From positions 89,690 through 153,689 of the forward strand of contig JBDRJF010000001.1 in the NCBI GenBank assembly GCA_043815185.1: 64,000 nt of DNA, written 5' to 3'. This stretch comes from Candidatus Omnitrophota bacterium. GTDB lineage: Bacteria > Omnitrophota > Gorgyraeia > Duberdicusellales > 4484-171. Both the position numbers and the translations under genes were made by a program. Each line of letters starts with the position of its first letter. Position 1 is the first letter of the stretch. Positions 54,238 to 64,000 of this stretch are shown piece after piece. A model generated the notes under the pieces. The model saw only the letters and a program-made list of their open reading frames with translations, made no database searches and was not told the origin of the DNA.

Positions 54238-55219
54238 AACTAACTCCTAATTTTATCTTATTGAGATTATCCTTCAACTTCTGGCGCAGGCTTGCATCCT
54301 CAATGAGTTTATTAAGTGAGCAGCTAAAATCATCGAAAGAAAACCCACTTTGTAAATGAACCATAGCGGCATCAATTCTTTCTAAAAAAAGGGCATTTTC
54401 CTCCTGATGCCCTCCGCCTCCTGGATGGGGCAGGAGAATGGCTGGTAAGCCGTAAAATGAAATTTCTGCCAAAGTAACTGCGCCGGCCCGAGAAACTACC
54501 AGGTCGGCGGCACTATACAAAATTTCTATATCGTAGTAAAAATCCTTAACAAAACTCCGATTTTTTATTTTCTTATATAAAGAGAGAATTTTTGAGTATT
54601 CAGCTTTACCGGTAAGATGAATCACCTGATAATTTCCTTGATAATTCCGGATAAACTTTATAAATGTTTGATTGATAAAAGAAGAACCTTGGCTGCCGCC
54701 CAGACAAAATACAACTGGTTGGTCATTAAAATCCAAAATTCTCCGGGCCTTGCGCTTATCAATTATTTTTATGTTTTCTCTTAGGGGAATACCAATGGTC
54801 CGGCCTTTTCTGCCGGTAACTTCAAAACCACGCAATACCTCGCCGACAAAAGGTACTAACAGCCTATTGGCTCTGCCCAGCTTTAAATTAGGCTCATAGA
54901 TAGCAGTCTTTAGCTTTAAAAAAGAGCTAAACAAAACTAGGAAAAATGAATCGCGGCCTCCGAATCCAATAACTTTCTTCGGCTTTATCTTTAGAATAAG
55001 ATAGAGAGCCTCAATTAGACGCCAAACTCCCTCAACCATGAAATTTCGAAATTTAAAACTCCGGCCCAAACAAGAAAAACCTTGTTTTTCAATATATTTC
55101 TTAAGAAAGGGTGAGCTAACAAAGAAATAAACCTGGAATTCTTCACTCAGCTTCTTGGCAAAGCCTAAAGCCGGAAAAATATGCCCAGCGCTCCTCTCGC
55201 AAGCTAATAACACTCTCAT
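54206..55219 (-). CDS. murG: UDP-GlcNAc--lipid I GlcNAc transferase
   Basis: GHIFPALG, CLGGSQGS and RAGAVTLAE motifs. The glycine loop is atypical (CERSAGH instead of GGTGGH). Confidence 0.85.
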   Translation of the reverse strand: MRVLLACERSAGHIFPALGFAKKLSEEFQVYFFVSSPFLKKYIEKQGFSCLGRSFKFRNFMVEGVWRLIEALYLILKIKPKKVIGFGGRDSFFLVLFSSFLKLKTAIYEPNLKLGRANRLLVPFVGEVLRGFEVTGRKGRTIGIPLRENIKIIDKRKARRILDFNDQPVVFCLGGSQGSSFINQTFIKFIRNYQGNYQVIHLTGKAEYSKILSLYKKIKNRSFVKDFYYDIEILYSAADLVVSRAGAVTLAEISFYGLPAILLPHPGGGGHQEENALFLERIDAAMVHLQSGFSFDDFSCSLNKLIEDASLRQKLKDNLNKIKLGVSYENFDSSAYS

Positions 55220-55273
55220 TTATCTTACAAAATAAATCTTATTTTATGGGGGTAAATTGATCTTGCACTTAAT

Positions 55274-55302
55274 ATTATAAAGAAATTACAGCTCTCCTTC
55301 AA
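55274..55302 (-). promoter_or_regulatory. internal dcw promoter candidate TTGAAG-17-TATAAT upstream of murG
   Basis: The minus strand reads TTGAAGgagagctgtaatttcttTATAAT within the 111-nt ftsW-murG spacer. Confidence 0.4.
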
Positions 55303-55330
55303 GGGTTATTTTAATCCCCAAGGTATTGCC

Positions 55331-56461
55331 TTAGTCGACTGGCTTGGATTTTTCAGGCCGGGAAGCGTTGAAAAATAGGCCCAAAAGAATATAGTGGGCA
55401 ACTAAATTGCTTCCTCCATAACTCATAAACGGCAGAGGCAAACCCTTGGTAGGAAAGAGGCCACAGCTAACCCCGATATTTATCGCAATTTCCAGAAAAA
55501 AGATAAGCACTATGCCCCAAAGCAGACCTCTGCGAAAACCCGGCCGGGTGAATTTAGCAATTCTAAACATCTTGTGAAAGGTCAGAAAAAGGATAAAGAT
55601 TAACCCTAAGGCACCCCAAAGGCCGAATTCCTCAGCAATAATCGAAAAAATAAAATCAGTGTGGGCGGCTGGAAGAAAAAATAACTTTTGTAAACCTTCG
55701 CCTAAACCTACCCCCCAAATGCCACCAACTCCATAAGCAATTTGGGATTGAATTAATTGAAACCCTGCTCCTTGAGGGTCGCCAAAAGGATTAAGGTAGG
55801 CAATGATCCGGCTTAAGCGATAAGGATATAAATTTATCAGGAAGAGGACGCTAATTGTTCCCCCTAAAATAATAAATATTAAATGCTTCTGCCGGGCGCC
55901 AAATAGAAAGAGAAAAAGGATCATCCAGATAACCCAAAAAACAGCGGTTCCGAAATCAGGCTGTGAAATAAGCAAAACAGATACTAGTAATAAGATAAGT
56001 CCTAAAGGGATAAGCCCGGAACGAATACTTTTTAAGAGGCTGCGCTTTCGCTGACAATAATCAGCACAATAAAGTAAAAACGAAATTTTTAAAATTTCCG
56101 ATGGCTGAAAGCTAAGCGGCCCTAATTGTAACCAGCGTTTTGCTCCGCCGGCTTTCTTACCAAAAAAAATAACTGCTATTAAACAAAAGATGGTAACAAG
56201 CATAAATTCTTTACTATATCGTTGCAAAAACTCTAAGTCGGCAAGGAGCGTGAGGAAGAAAAAGAAGATAGCTACAAGAAAAAAAAGAAATTGCCGTTTA
56301 AAAAAATAAGCAGCATCGGTATTGGACTTAAAAGCATACATACTCGATGCTTCATAAATCATCAGGATGCCAAAAAGGGTTAGAGTCAAAAAAATTATAA
56401 ATAAGAACTTCCTCTCGCGGTTTAAATTTCTTGAAACTACTATTTTGGCATCGGTTCGCAT
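55331..56461 (-). CDS. ftsW: SEDS-family lipid II flippase/polymerase FtsW
   Basis: Ten-TM profile, with QPSEILK, HTDFIFS and PFMSYGGS motifs. Confidence 0.9.
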   Translation of the reverse strand: MRTDAKIVVSRNLNRERKFLFIIFLTLTLFGILMIYEASSMYAFKSNTDAAYFFKRQFLFFLVAIFFFFLTLLADLEFLQRYSKEFMLVTIFCLIAVIFFGKKAGGAKRWLQLGPLSFQPSEILKISFLLYCADYCQRKRSLLKSIRSGLIPLGLILLLVSVLLISQPDFGTAVFWVIWMILFLFLFGARQKHLIFIILGGTISVLFLINLYPYRLSRIIAYLNPFGDPQGAGFQLIQSQIAYGVGGIWGVGLGEGLQKLFFLPAAHTDFIFSIIAEEFGLWGALGLIFILFLTFHKMFRIAKFTRPGFRRGLLWGIVLIFFLEIAINIGVSCGLFPTKGLPLPFMSYGGSNLVAHYILLGLFFNASRPEKSKPVD

Positions 56462-56465
56462 AAGG

Positions 56466-57716
56466 TCAAGGCTTGAGACTATTTACAATTTCGATAAATT
56501 TATCGCCCCGGGCCTGGTAATCAGAAAACATATCGAAGCTAGAGCACATCGGGGAGAGAAGAACCGTATCCCCTGGCATAGCTTCCCGGTAGGAGGACAA
56601 GACGGCTTGCTCAAAGGATGAAAAAATCTTAATTTCTAGCTTAGAGTTCAGAACATTTTTTATTTTATCTGCGGCTTCTCCAAAAAGACCTATCTTTCGT
56701 ATTTTTCTTGAGTGGGCTAAAATTGCGGAATAATCTAAACCTTTATCTTTCCCGCCGGCAAGAAGGATTATCGGGGCTTTAGTATTTTTTAAAGCCCAAA
56801 TAGTAGCAGCGGGGTTGGTAGCTTTAGAATCATTGATAAAAGTTACCTTATTGACCTGTCTAACCAGCTGCAAGCGATGACGCAGGCCTTTAAATTGCGA
56901 AAAAATGTTCAGACAATCAACTTTTCCTAATCCCAAGATAGTTGCAATTTTAAAGACACAGGAGAAGTTCTGGTTAGGAAATTCTTCTGCAAAATAAACA
57001 ATTCGAGATTTTATCACCCTGGCAATCTGAGAACGAAAGTCAATATTTTGATTTAAGAGAGCCCAATCCTCTTGGGTTTGGTTTTTAAATATATTTAACT
57101 TTGCCTGAAAATAATCCTTAAAGTCTCGATAGCGGTCGAGGTGATCTGGCTCAATATTTAAAAAAACAGCCAGATAAGGCTTGAATTCAACTATAGTTTC
57201 AAGTTGAAAAGAGCTTAGCTCCAAAATGATAAGGTCTCCTTTTTTGGTACCAAGAACAAAGGAAGAAAAGGGAGTTCCGATATTACCCCCCAAGAAAACA
57301 CCCTTTCGCTTTTGCTTAAGCACCTGATAGGTTAACTCTGCGGTGGTAGTCTTGCCGTTGGTGCCAGTAATAGCTATCAATTTTGCCGGAGTTAACCAAG
57401 AAGAAAATTCTATCTCTCCCACATAGGGTATATTATGAGTTCGGATAATTCCCAAAATCGAAGAATTAGCTATGTCCACCCCCGGGCTTAAAATTAATAA
57501 CTGGGCCGCTTTTATAAATTTCTCGCTATGGCCGCCAAATTCAAACTTCACCCCTTTTTTAACAAAATCGTTGATTAGTTGTTGGGGGAAATTACCCGGC
57601 TGCCCCAACTCACTAACCCAAACCTTCTTTTTTAAGCTTAAAAGTAGATTACAAAGTGAAATTCCGCTCTGGCCCCAGCCAACAACACAAATCCTCTTGA
57701 AATCGTCAATACGCAT
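56466..57716 (-). CDS. murD: UDP-N-acetylmuramoylalanine--D-glutamate ligase
   Basis: ITGTNGKTTT and NDSKATN motifs. Confidence 0.9.
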   Translation of the reverse strand: MRIDDFKRICVVGWGQSGISLCNLLLSLKKKVWVSELGQPGNFPQQLINDFVKKGVKFEFGGHSEKFIKAAQLLILSPGVDIANSSILGIIRTHNIPYVGEIEFSSWLTPAKLIAITGTNGKTTTAELTYQVLKQKRKGVFLGGNIGTPFSSFVLGTKKGDLIILELSSFQLETIVEFKPYLAVFLNIEPDHLDRYRDFKDYFQAKLNIFKNQTQEDWALLNQNIDFRSQIARVIKSRIVYFAEEFPNQNFSCVFKIATILGLGKVDCLNIFSQFKGLRHRLQLVRQVNKVTFINDSKATNPAATIWALKNTKAPIILLAGGKDKGLDYSAILAHSRKIRKIGLFGEAADKIKNVLNSKLEIKIFSSFEQAVLSSYREAMPGDTVLLSPMCSSFDMFSDYQARGDKFIEIVNSLKP

Positions 57717-57727
57717 CTTCGATTGTT

Positions 57728-58810
57728 CTATCGCAGTTTGAGGGTAAGTAAAGCTAAGCAGGCACAGATAATTGAGATAATCCAGAAACGAATGATTATC
57801 TTAGGCTCTCCCCAGCCGGCAACTTGAAAATGATGGTGTAGAGGGGCAGCTTTAAATAGTCGCCTGCCTCTGAACTTCACCGAAAACATCTGTAAAATAA
57901 CACTTAAAGCTTCAATTACAAATAAACCTCCACTGATAAAAAGCAGGAATTCTTGTTTTATTAACAGAGCTATTGCACCGATAGCTCCGCCTAAAGCTAA
58001 AGCCCCTACGTCTCCCATAAAGACCTCTGCCGGATAAGAATTAAACCATAAGAAAGCTAGGCCGGCACCGATTAACGAAAAACAAAAAACAGTTAACTCT
58101 CCCGCACTCTCAATGTAAGGGATAAAAAGGTAGTTGGCAAATTGCATGTGCCCGACGATATAGCTTAAAAGACCGAAAATAAAAGTATTTCCAATTAAAG
58201 CTCCGATAGCTAAACCATCAAGACCATCGGTAAAATTAACTGCATTAGAGGTAGCTACAATCATCAGGGCGGCCCAGAAGATATAAAAATACCCCAGGTC
58301 AACTACTACTTTCTTAAAGAAAGGAAAACTCCAGGTAGCCGGAAAATTTTTATTAACCACAATTAGAGCTCCCAGTAATATTCCGATTAAGCTCTGCCAA
58401 AATAGTTTCTTGCTTCGGCTTAAACCTTTTCCGCGTTTGATTTTCAGAAAATCATCACGCAGCCCCAAACTACCTAAGGAAACAATCACCAGAGTAACTA
58501 GCCAAATAAAACAATTATCCCACCTGGCCCAGAGAAGTGTGGCAGTAAGAATTGCAAAAATAATTAAGACTCCGCCCATGGTAGGAGTTCCCTTTTTATC
58601 CTCATGGAGAGATTCCAGACGAACATGCCCATACATATCTACCTTCTCCGCTATCTTTAACCGTTTCAATCTTTTTAAGGTGAACTTCCAGAATAGCATT
58701 ACAATAATAAATGAGGTAACGAAAGCGCAACCACTGCGAAAAGTAATATATTTGGTGAGATTAAAGATGAAAAAATACTTAGTTAGGGGGTAAAGAATAT
58801 GATAAATCAT
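57728..58810 (-). CDS. mraY: phospho-N-acetylmuramoyl-pentapeptide transferase
   Basis: KKGTPTMGG, NAVNFTDGLDGLA and APLHHHF motifs. Confidence 0.95.
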   Translation of the reverse strand: MIYHILYPLTKYFFIFNLTKYITFRSGCAFVTSFIIVMLFWKFTLKRLKRLKIAEKVDMYGHVRLESLHEDKKGTPTMGGVLIIFAILTATLLWARWDNCFIWLVTLVIVSLGSLGLRDDFLKIKRGKGLSRSKKLFWQSLIGILLGALIVVNKNFPATWSFPFFKKVVVDLGYFYIFWAALMIVATSNAVNFTDGLDGLAIGALIGNTFIFGLLSYIVGHMQFANYLFIPYIESAGELTVFCFSLIGAGLAFLWFNSYPAEVFMGDVGALALGGAIGAIALLIKQEFLLFISGGLFVIEALSVILQMFSVKFRGRRLFKAAPLHHHFQVAGWGEPKIIIRFWIISIICACLALLTLKLR

Positions 58811-60165
58811 CTTAAATATTTAGTTACTTTCTCTAATTCCATCTTACGCGAACCCTTAAGGAAAATCAAATATCTTTTCTTGCGTTGTAAACTCGGCCCT
58901 ATTCTTTTGTTGATAAATTGGGCAATAGCTTTATGGGAAGCAAAATGAAAAGCTCCCCGGTATCCTGAATCGCGCAACTTTTTATTTAAATATACAGTAT
59001 CTTCACCCAAAGTAAGGCAGTAATTAAACCCGCCCCTCATAATCTGTCCGGCTAAGAGCTGATGATAATAGCGGCTCTTTTTACCTAATTCCCGCATATC
59101 ACCGACTACCGCCACCTTCTTTAAAGGGTATCTTTTTAAATTCGTAAGTGCTACTTGAAAAGAATGGGGATTAGCATTATAGGCATCATTGAGAATAGAG
59201 AACCCTTTGTATTGCAACATCTGCATCCGTAAAGGTAAAAAGTTCTCCCACCGGCCGGTTTGGTTAACTAATTCCTCTAAAGCTATACCCTTAATCATCG
59301 CTCCGGATATAGCCGCTAAGATATTGGTAATAAACCCTTGAGAGTAGGAAGAAATGGTTAACTTATACTTGTCTTGAATAAGAAAAGTAACATTCTCTCT
59401 TCTTCGCTTCAGCAGACGGGCAAAAAGATAATTACTGCGCCCTTTACCAAACCAATAAATTTTACCGGGACGGCTAAATTTAGCTAAATAAGGGTCGTCA
59501 CGGTTGAGAATAGCCATCATCCTGGGATTAGCTTTAAACAAAGAAGTTTTCTCCTCAAACACCCCCTTTATATTCCCCAGCCCTTTTAAGTGAACCGGGT
59601 TTATCGAAGTAATTATGCCTACATCAGGAACAACAAGCTTGGCTAAAGACTCTATCTCCCCTGGCATATTGGTCCCCAATTCTAAAATCATTATTTCTTC
59701 ATCTTGGAGCGAAAAACAAGTCTTTGCCACTCCCAGAAGATTATTCTCTGTCCCTTTGTTCTTTAAAACTTTAAACCGTGAAGATAGAAGAAAACTAAGC
59801 ATCTCCTTAGTGGTCGTCTTACCAAGTGAACCGGTCACACAATAGATAAAAGGGTTTTTTTTCTTACAGATATAAGTAACAAGTGACTTTAAAGCTGTGT
59901 AGGTATCATTGACGATGAAAAAAGGAACTTTGGGCTTAAGCGGTATATATTTTTCGGCCACGATAAATGAAGCTCCTTTACCGATCGCTTCTTGAATAAA
60001 AGAGTGCCCATCATAGTGTTTCCCTTGGATAGCCACAAAAGCTTCACCCTTGGCTATTGAACGGGAATCAAGTGAAAACCTTCTTACCGGCTTAAAATAA
60101 TAAAGATTATAAATTTTATTGGGTTTTAAAATCCGCTCTAAAATTTTAAAATCAGAAATTATCAT
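58807..60165 (-). CDS. murF: UDP-N-acetylmuramoyl-tripeptide--D-alanyl-D-alanine ligase
   Basis: VTGSLGKTTTKE and NDAYNANP motifs. Confidence 0.9.
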   Translation of the reverse strand: MIISDFKILERILKPNKIYNLYYFKPVRRFSLDSRSIAKGEAFVAIQGKHYDGHSFIQEAIGKGASFIVAEKYIPLKPKVPFFIVNDTYTALKSLVTYICKKKNPFIYCVTGSLGKTTTKEMLSFLLSSRFKVLKNKGTENNLLGVAKTCFSLQDEEIMILELGTNMPGEIESLAKLVVPDVGIITSINPVHLKGLGNIKGVFEEKTSLFKANPRMMAILNRDDPYLAKFSRPGKIYWFGKGRSNYLFARLLKRRRENVTFLIQDKYKLTISSYSQGFITNILAAISGAMIKGIALEELVNQTGRWENFLPLRMQMLQYKGFSILNDAYNANPHSFQVALTNLKRYPLKKVAVVGDMRELGKKSRYYHQLLAGQIMRGGFNYCLTLGEDTVYLNKKLRDSGYRGAFHFASHKAIAQFINKRIGPSLQRKKRYLIFLKGSRKMELEKVTKYLR

Positions 60166-61370
60166 CTTTGGCTTCTTAAAATTTTTTTTACAATCTGCTT
60201 ATCATTGAAGGGTATTTTTTTATCCTTAATAATTTGATAATCCTCGTGGCCTTTTCCAGCTATTAAAAGACAAGCCTTACCCTCCGAAGTTCTGCTGGGC
60301 CAAAACCCAGCAGAATGAATTCTCTTACCGGCAGCTTCACTCAACTTGCCACTGAGAAAAAACCTTATCGCTTCCTTAATTGCTCTATGCCTGTCACTAA
60401 TAACTAGGTAATTATCCTTGCTGAACCCCCTCTTTATTTGAGCACAAATTTGTAAAGGAGATTCACTCCGCGGGTTATCTGAAGTGATAAAAGTAAAATC
60501 TGCTTTCAAAGAAGCAATTTGGCCCATAATTCGGCGTTTGCCCCTGTCTCTATCTCCTCCGCAACCAAAAAGGCAAATAATCTTTTCATAACCGACCTGG
60601 CGCAGGCTTCTTAATACCCTATCCAAAGCATCGGGGGTATGGGCATAATCAACGAATATATCTCTGGCTACCGGCTCAAGTCTACCGGTTACTGGCCGGA
60701 AACTGCTTGCGGCCTTAACTATCTTAGAAAGAGAAAATCCTAAAGAAAAAACCAGGCCTGCTGCCCCTAAAATATTTAAAATATTGTGCCGTCCAGTGAG
60801 CCGCGTTTTTATTAAATAAGACCTTCCTGATGAAACTAGTTTAAAACAAGAGCCTCGCTTACTAAGAACTATATCTTTAGCATTAAAATCAGCCGGGGTC
60901 TTAATTCCAAAACTTAAGCCTTGTTTTACACCTTTAAATATTTTTTTTCCGTATTGATCGTCAATATTTACTATCGCCAAGGGATTTCCTTCGGTAAAAA
61001 ACAACTTTTCCTTAGCCTTAAAATAATTGCTTATCGTCTTATGATAATCAAGGTGATCCCGACTTAAGTTAGTAAATAGGCAGCGAGAAAATTTTAAATC
61101 TTTAACTCTTCCCTGGACAAGGCCGTGAGATGAAACCTCCATAACTACAAAATTACTGTTGGTGTCTTTGATTTTTTTTAAAATCTTGCGAAGATCAATA
61201 AAGCTGGGAGTAGTAAGCTTTGCTTTATATACCTTTGAACCAATGATGTATTTTATTGTGCCTATCAACGAAGTTTTCTGGCCCATCTTCTTCAGCAGAT
61301 GGTAAATAAGAAAAGCAGTAGTAGTCTTGCCATTAGTGCCGGTAATACCAATAATTTTTAGATTCTTCAA
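60162..61370 (-). CDS. murE: UDP-N-acetylmuramoyl-L-alanyl-D-glutamate--2,6-diaminopimelate ligase lacking the usual N-terminal domain
   Basis: GITGTNGKTTT already appears at aa 8-18, whereas it sits near aa 110 in E. coli MurE. It has the DNPR motif (SDNPRSE) of the meso-DAP type. The start overlaps the ftsI stop by 4 nt. Confidence 0.85.
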   Translation of the reverse strand: MKNLKIIGITGTNGKTTTAFLIYHLLKKMGQKTSLIGTIKYIIGSKVYKAKLTTPSFIDLRKILKKIKDTNSNFVVMEVSSHGLVQGRVKDLKFSRCLFTNLSRDHLDYHKTISNYFKAKEKLFFTEGNPLAIVNIDDQYGKKIFKGVKQGLSFGIKTPADFNAKDIVLSKRGSCFKLVSSGRSYLIKTRLTGRHNILNILGAAGLVFSLGFSLSKIVKAASSFRPVTGRLEPVARDIFVDYAHTPDALDRVLRSLRQVGYEKIICLFGCGGDRDRGKRRIMGQIASLKADFTFITSDNPRSESPLQICAQIKRGFSKDNYLVISDRHRAIKEAIRFFLSGKLSEAAGKRIHSAGFWPSRTSEGKACLLIAGKGHEDYQIIKDKKIPFNDKQIVKKILRSQR

Positions 61371-63037
61371 TTTCCTGCTCCCTCGATATAGCTAATAACC
61401 TTCCGGGCAATGTTCCTAAAAACCGGTGCTGCTACAACTCCTCCAAAATGCGACTGTTTAGGTTCATCTATAGTAACTCCGATTATCAAAGGCGGATCCA
61501 AATCAGCGATAAAGCCGACGAATGTCGCCCGATATTGGGAAGGCGAATATCTCTTAATTTTAGGGTCAAACTTCTGAGCAGTGCCAGTTTTGCCGCCAAT
61601 TCTTCTTCCCTCTATCTGGGCCATCCGGCCAGTCCCTTCTCCAACTACAGTAATAAGAATATCCTTTGCCCGCTCAACGCTGGCTGGGGGAAATACCTGT
61701 TTCTTGCTCTTAGGAAAAACATCTTCGCAAAAACCTTGGGAACAAATGCTGGTTACTAAATGCGGTTTGACCAGATAGCCTCCATTAACAATGGTAGCAA
61801 AAGTACGCACCAACTGTAAAAGACTCACTCCAATCTCCTGGCCGATAGGAATAATATAGGCTGAGGTCTTTGACCACTCACTGAGAGGCTTAAGCAAACC
61901 ATTTGTTTCTCCCGGCAAATCAATACCGCTTAAACAACCAAATTCCAATCGCTTCAAATAACTATAGAAAGTAGCCGGTTTTAAAGCTTGAACAATTTTG
62001 GCCACCCCGATATTGCTTGACTTCATAAAAACCTCTCTAAAAGACAACTGGCCATAGGGCTTCCAGTCATGAAGGATAGATCCGGGTATTTTGAATGTAC
62101 CATTTTCACAAAAAAACTCATCTTGATCGGAAAATTTATTTTCATTAGTCGCAGCCAAGAGGGCAACCACCTTAAATACAGAACCCGGCTCAAATATATC
62201 CGACACTGTACGATTACGCATCTGTTCCGGTAAGATGCTGCCTAACTCATTAGGGTTAAAACTAGGGTAATTAGCTAAAGCCAGGATTCCTCCGTTGGAT
62301 GCATCCATAACCACAACGCCTCCTCCAACAGCTTTAAACCTCTTAACCGTCTCCTCCAAACATTCTTCAGACCAATATTGTATTTGCGCGTCTAAGCTCA
62401 AAATAATATCGGCACCTTCCTGAGGGGTTATTATTTGGGGAGAAAGAATAACCTTGCGGGAAGCAGAATCTTTAAGAACTCTTACCAAACCGTCTTTACC
62501 GCGGAGACGATTATCGTAGGTAACCTCAAGACCTTCTAAACCTTCATTGTCAATATTAGCAATACCAATAACTGCAGCTGCTAAATCACCCTGGGGATAA
62601 AACCGTTTCTCTTCCCTTATAAAACCTACTCCCTCGAGTTTGTGCGATTTTATCTTTTCCTTATCCCCCCAAGAAATCTTCCGCTTTATCCAGATAAATC
62701 TCTTTTTTTTCTTTAGGTTAGCCAGCAAATCTTCTTTGTCTAAACTTAAATCAGCGGAAAGGATTTTTGCAGCCAATTCAGGTTCCCTAATCAGGGCCGG
62801 ATCAGCAAAGACAGAATAACAACTCATACCAGTAGCCAAAACTCTCTTTTGGCGGTCGAGGATATCACCTCTTCCGCCCTTTAAGCTTACCAGATGATAG
62901 CGTTGATCCTGAGCCAGGCTCTGGAAAAAATTACTTCTGAATACTTGAAGATAAAAAATCCTGGAAGCAATAACAAGGAACAAAATAAGAAAAGAAAAAT
63001 ATATAGCGGTTGTCCTTTGGTTATGCTTTTTGCTCAC
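61367..63037 (-). CDS. ftsI: peptidoglycan D,D-transpeptidase FtsI (class B PBP)
   Basis: N-terminal TM, PBP dimer domain, and the SVFK (SxxK), SSN and KTGT motifs. GTG start. Confidence 0.9.
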   Translation of the reverse strand: MSKKHNQRTTAIYFSFLILFLVIASRIFYLQVFRSNFFQSLAQDQRYHLVSLKGGRGDILDRQKRVLATGMSCYSVFADPALIREPELAAKILSADLSLDKEDLLANLKKKKRFIWIKRKISWGDKEKIKSHKLEGVGFIREEKRFYPQGDLAAAVIGIANIDNEGLEGLEVTYDNRLRGKDGLVRVLKDSASRKVILSPQIITPQEGADIILSLDAQIQYWSEECLEETVKRFKAVGGGVVVMDASNGGILALANYPSFNPNELGSILPEQMRNRTVSDIFEPGSVFKVVALLAATNENKFSDQDEFFCENGTFKIPGSILHDWKPYGQLSFREVFMKSSNIGVAKIVQALKPATFYSYLKRLEFGCLSGIDLPGETNGLLKPLSEWSKTSAYIIPIGQEIGVSLLQLVRTFATIVNGGYLVKPHLVTSICSQGFCEDVFPKSKKQVFPPASVERAKDILITVVGEGTGRMAQIEGRRIGGKTGTAQKFDPKIKRYSPSQYRATFVGFIADLDPPLIIGVTIDEPKQSHFGGVVAAPVFRNIARKVISYIEGAGN

Positions 63038-63124
63038 TTCTGATTTTCTATTTTAAGGACTTTAGAAAAACTTCACCCGGTGAGGGCGAAGACCTCTAAT
63101 GTAAATTCGCACTATAGAAACTGA

Positions 63125-63490
63125 TTATCTTTTCTCTTTTGCCAAGGCTGTTGAAGTAGGTGATGAGGCTCTTAAGATTCGATCAAGCAATAAAGATATT
63201 TTGTTATCGCTGACGATCTCTGCTTGCCTTTTTATATTCAAAGCCATTTTTCTGTCCTTGTCTACAGGGGTAAAATCTTTGAGACTTGCCCACTGATTAA
63301 CTTTAGCCAGAGTTGCTTGGTTAGCAAAATTATACATCAAGTAATCCCGCTTATCAATAAGTTCCTTATGATAACCAAAGGAGTTGCTTAAACGATAGGC
63401 CTCGACATAAAGTTGAACTTTATGATGCAGGTAGATAAGGACCGGAAGGAATATAATCACTGGTAGAACTAAAGGTAGAATCTTCTTCAT
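63125..63490 (-). CDS. FtsL-like bitopic division protein
   Basis: Lies between rsmH and ftsI. MKKILPLVLPVIIFLPVLIYL is a single TM segment followed by a helical region. The start was moved to ATG 63490 because the track start 63553 overlaps rsmH. Confidence 0.5.
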   Translation of the reverse strand: MKKILPLVLPVIIFLPVLIYLHHKVQLYVEAYRLSNSFGYHKELIDKRDYLMYNFANQATLAKVNQWASLKDFTPVDKDRKMALNIKRQAEIVSDNKISLLLDRILRASSPTSTALAKEKR

Positions 63491-63500
63491 AAGATAAATA

Positions 63501-64000
63501 TTAAATTTTTTCAGCCACCCGCAATTTAGCCGAACGGGAAGGCAAATTTTCACTTCTCTCTTCTTCTGTAGGAGTCAAGGGTTTCTTAGTAATAATCTTT
63601 AATACACCTTTTGCAAAATAATTCTTATAGGTACGCTTAACAATTCGATCTTCCAAAGAGTGAAAAGATATAACCCCTATTCTTCCTCCGGTCTTGAGGT
63701 AGGATATGGCTTGGATAAAAGCTGCCTCTAAAATCTCCAGTTCGCCATTAACAGCAATCCGTAAAGCCTGGAATACCCTGGTTGCCGGATGAATTCTAGC
63801 AAATCGAGCTTTGCTGGGATTACAATCTCTGATTATTTCTGAAAGTTGAATCGTGGTAGAGATTGGCTGATTCTTTCGAGCCTCAACTATAGCACGGGCT
63901 ACCCTCCGGGAATAAGGCTCTTCGCCAAACTTCCTGAAAATGTTCTCCAGCTCCCCCTCGCTCAAATTATTTACCAAATCGCAGGCCGAAAGAAAAGCAT
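63501..64000 (-). CDS. rsmH: 16S rRNA (cytosine1402-N4)-methyltransferase, C-terminal part (continues beyond window)
   Basis: HPATRVFQALRIAVNGEL, ISFHSLEDRIVK and NPRSRSAKLR-like (NLPSRSAKLRVAE) motifs. The reading frame is open to position 64000. Confidence 0.85.
   Translation of the reverse strand, partial: AFLSACDLVNNLSEGELENIFRKFGEEPYSRRVARAIVEARKNQPISTTIQLSEIIRDCNPSKARFARIHPATRVFQALRIAVNGELEILEAAFIQAISYLKTGGRIGVISFHSLEDRIVKRTYKNYFAKGVLKIITKKPLTPTEEERSENLPSRSAKLRVAEKI

Overview
This is a 64 kb, AT-rich stretch of bacterial chromosome from a diderm organism: Kdo, lipid A, BamA/Skp and LptC-like genes are all present. I cannot place the lineage from sequence alone. I count about 63 protein genes and one tRNA. 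All CDS except two (an SPL-family radical SAM gene and a glutamine synthetase) lie on the minus strand in tightly packed, often overlapping operons, so transcription runs from high to low coordinates.

Gene blocks in window order:
- lptC-like(partial)-kdsC-kdsD-kdsA-kdsB-rfaE
- hemW, divergent from an SPL-type radical SAM gene
- TPR-SpoIID
- lpxI-lpxA-lpxC::fabZ-lpxD-skp-bamA
- dnaB-rplI-rpsR-ssb-rpsF
- pth-ctc-prs-glmU-[DUF3800 + tRNA-Gln]-spoVG-ispE, a Bacillus-like synteny block
- split transketolase, a TPR protein, an untracked 29-aa basic ORF, and hisG
- purF-like, DUF1846 and carB
- a nitrogen-assimilation group: HTH-fused glnA on the plus strand, convergent with gdhA-nfnB-nfnA
- a small membrane protein, pcm, and a GT2/acyltransferase/GT28 trio
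- an HD-GYP protein and a paralogous 643-aa protein
- a dcw cluster: degenerate ftsA-like, ftsQ, ddl, murB, murC, MA-type peptidase, murG, ftsW, murD, mraY, murF, N-terminally short murE, ftsI, ftsL-like, and partial rsmH. No ftsZ follows the ftsA-like gene.

I saw no CRISPR array, transposase, integrase or rRNA.

The observations I consider most worth follow-up:
1. A glutamine synthetase covalently fused to an excisionase/MerR-type HTH, with a perfect 11-bp inverted repeat over its own promoter.
2. A roughly 60-nt promoter-proximal hairpin plus U-tract motif that is shared in sequence by the carB and nfnA-nfnB-gdhA leaders.
3. A roughly 61-nt two-hairpin intergenic element present twice inside operons.
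4. An FtsA homolog with degenerate nucleotide-binding motifs, followed by a paralogous pair (643-aa protein and HD-GYP protein) where ftsZ usually sits.
5. A carB-DUF1846-purF-like operon without carA.

All functional calls rest on motif recognition by eye. No database search or folding program was run.
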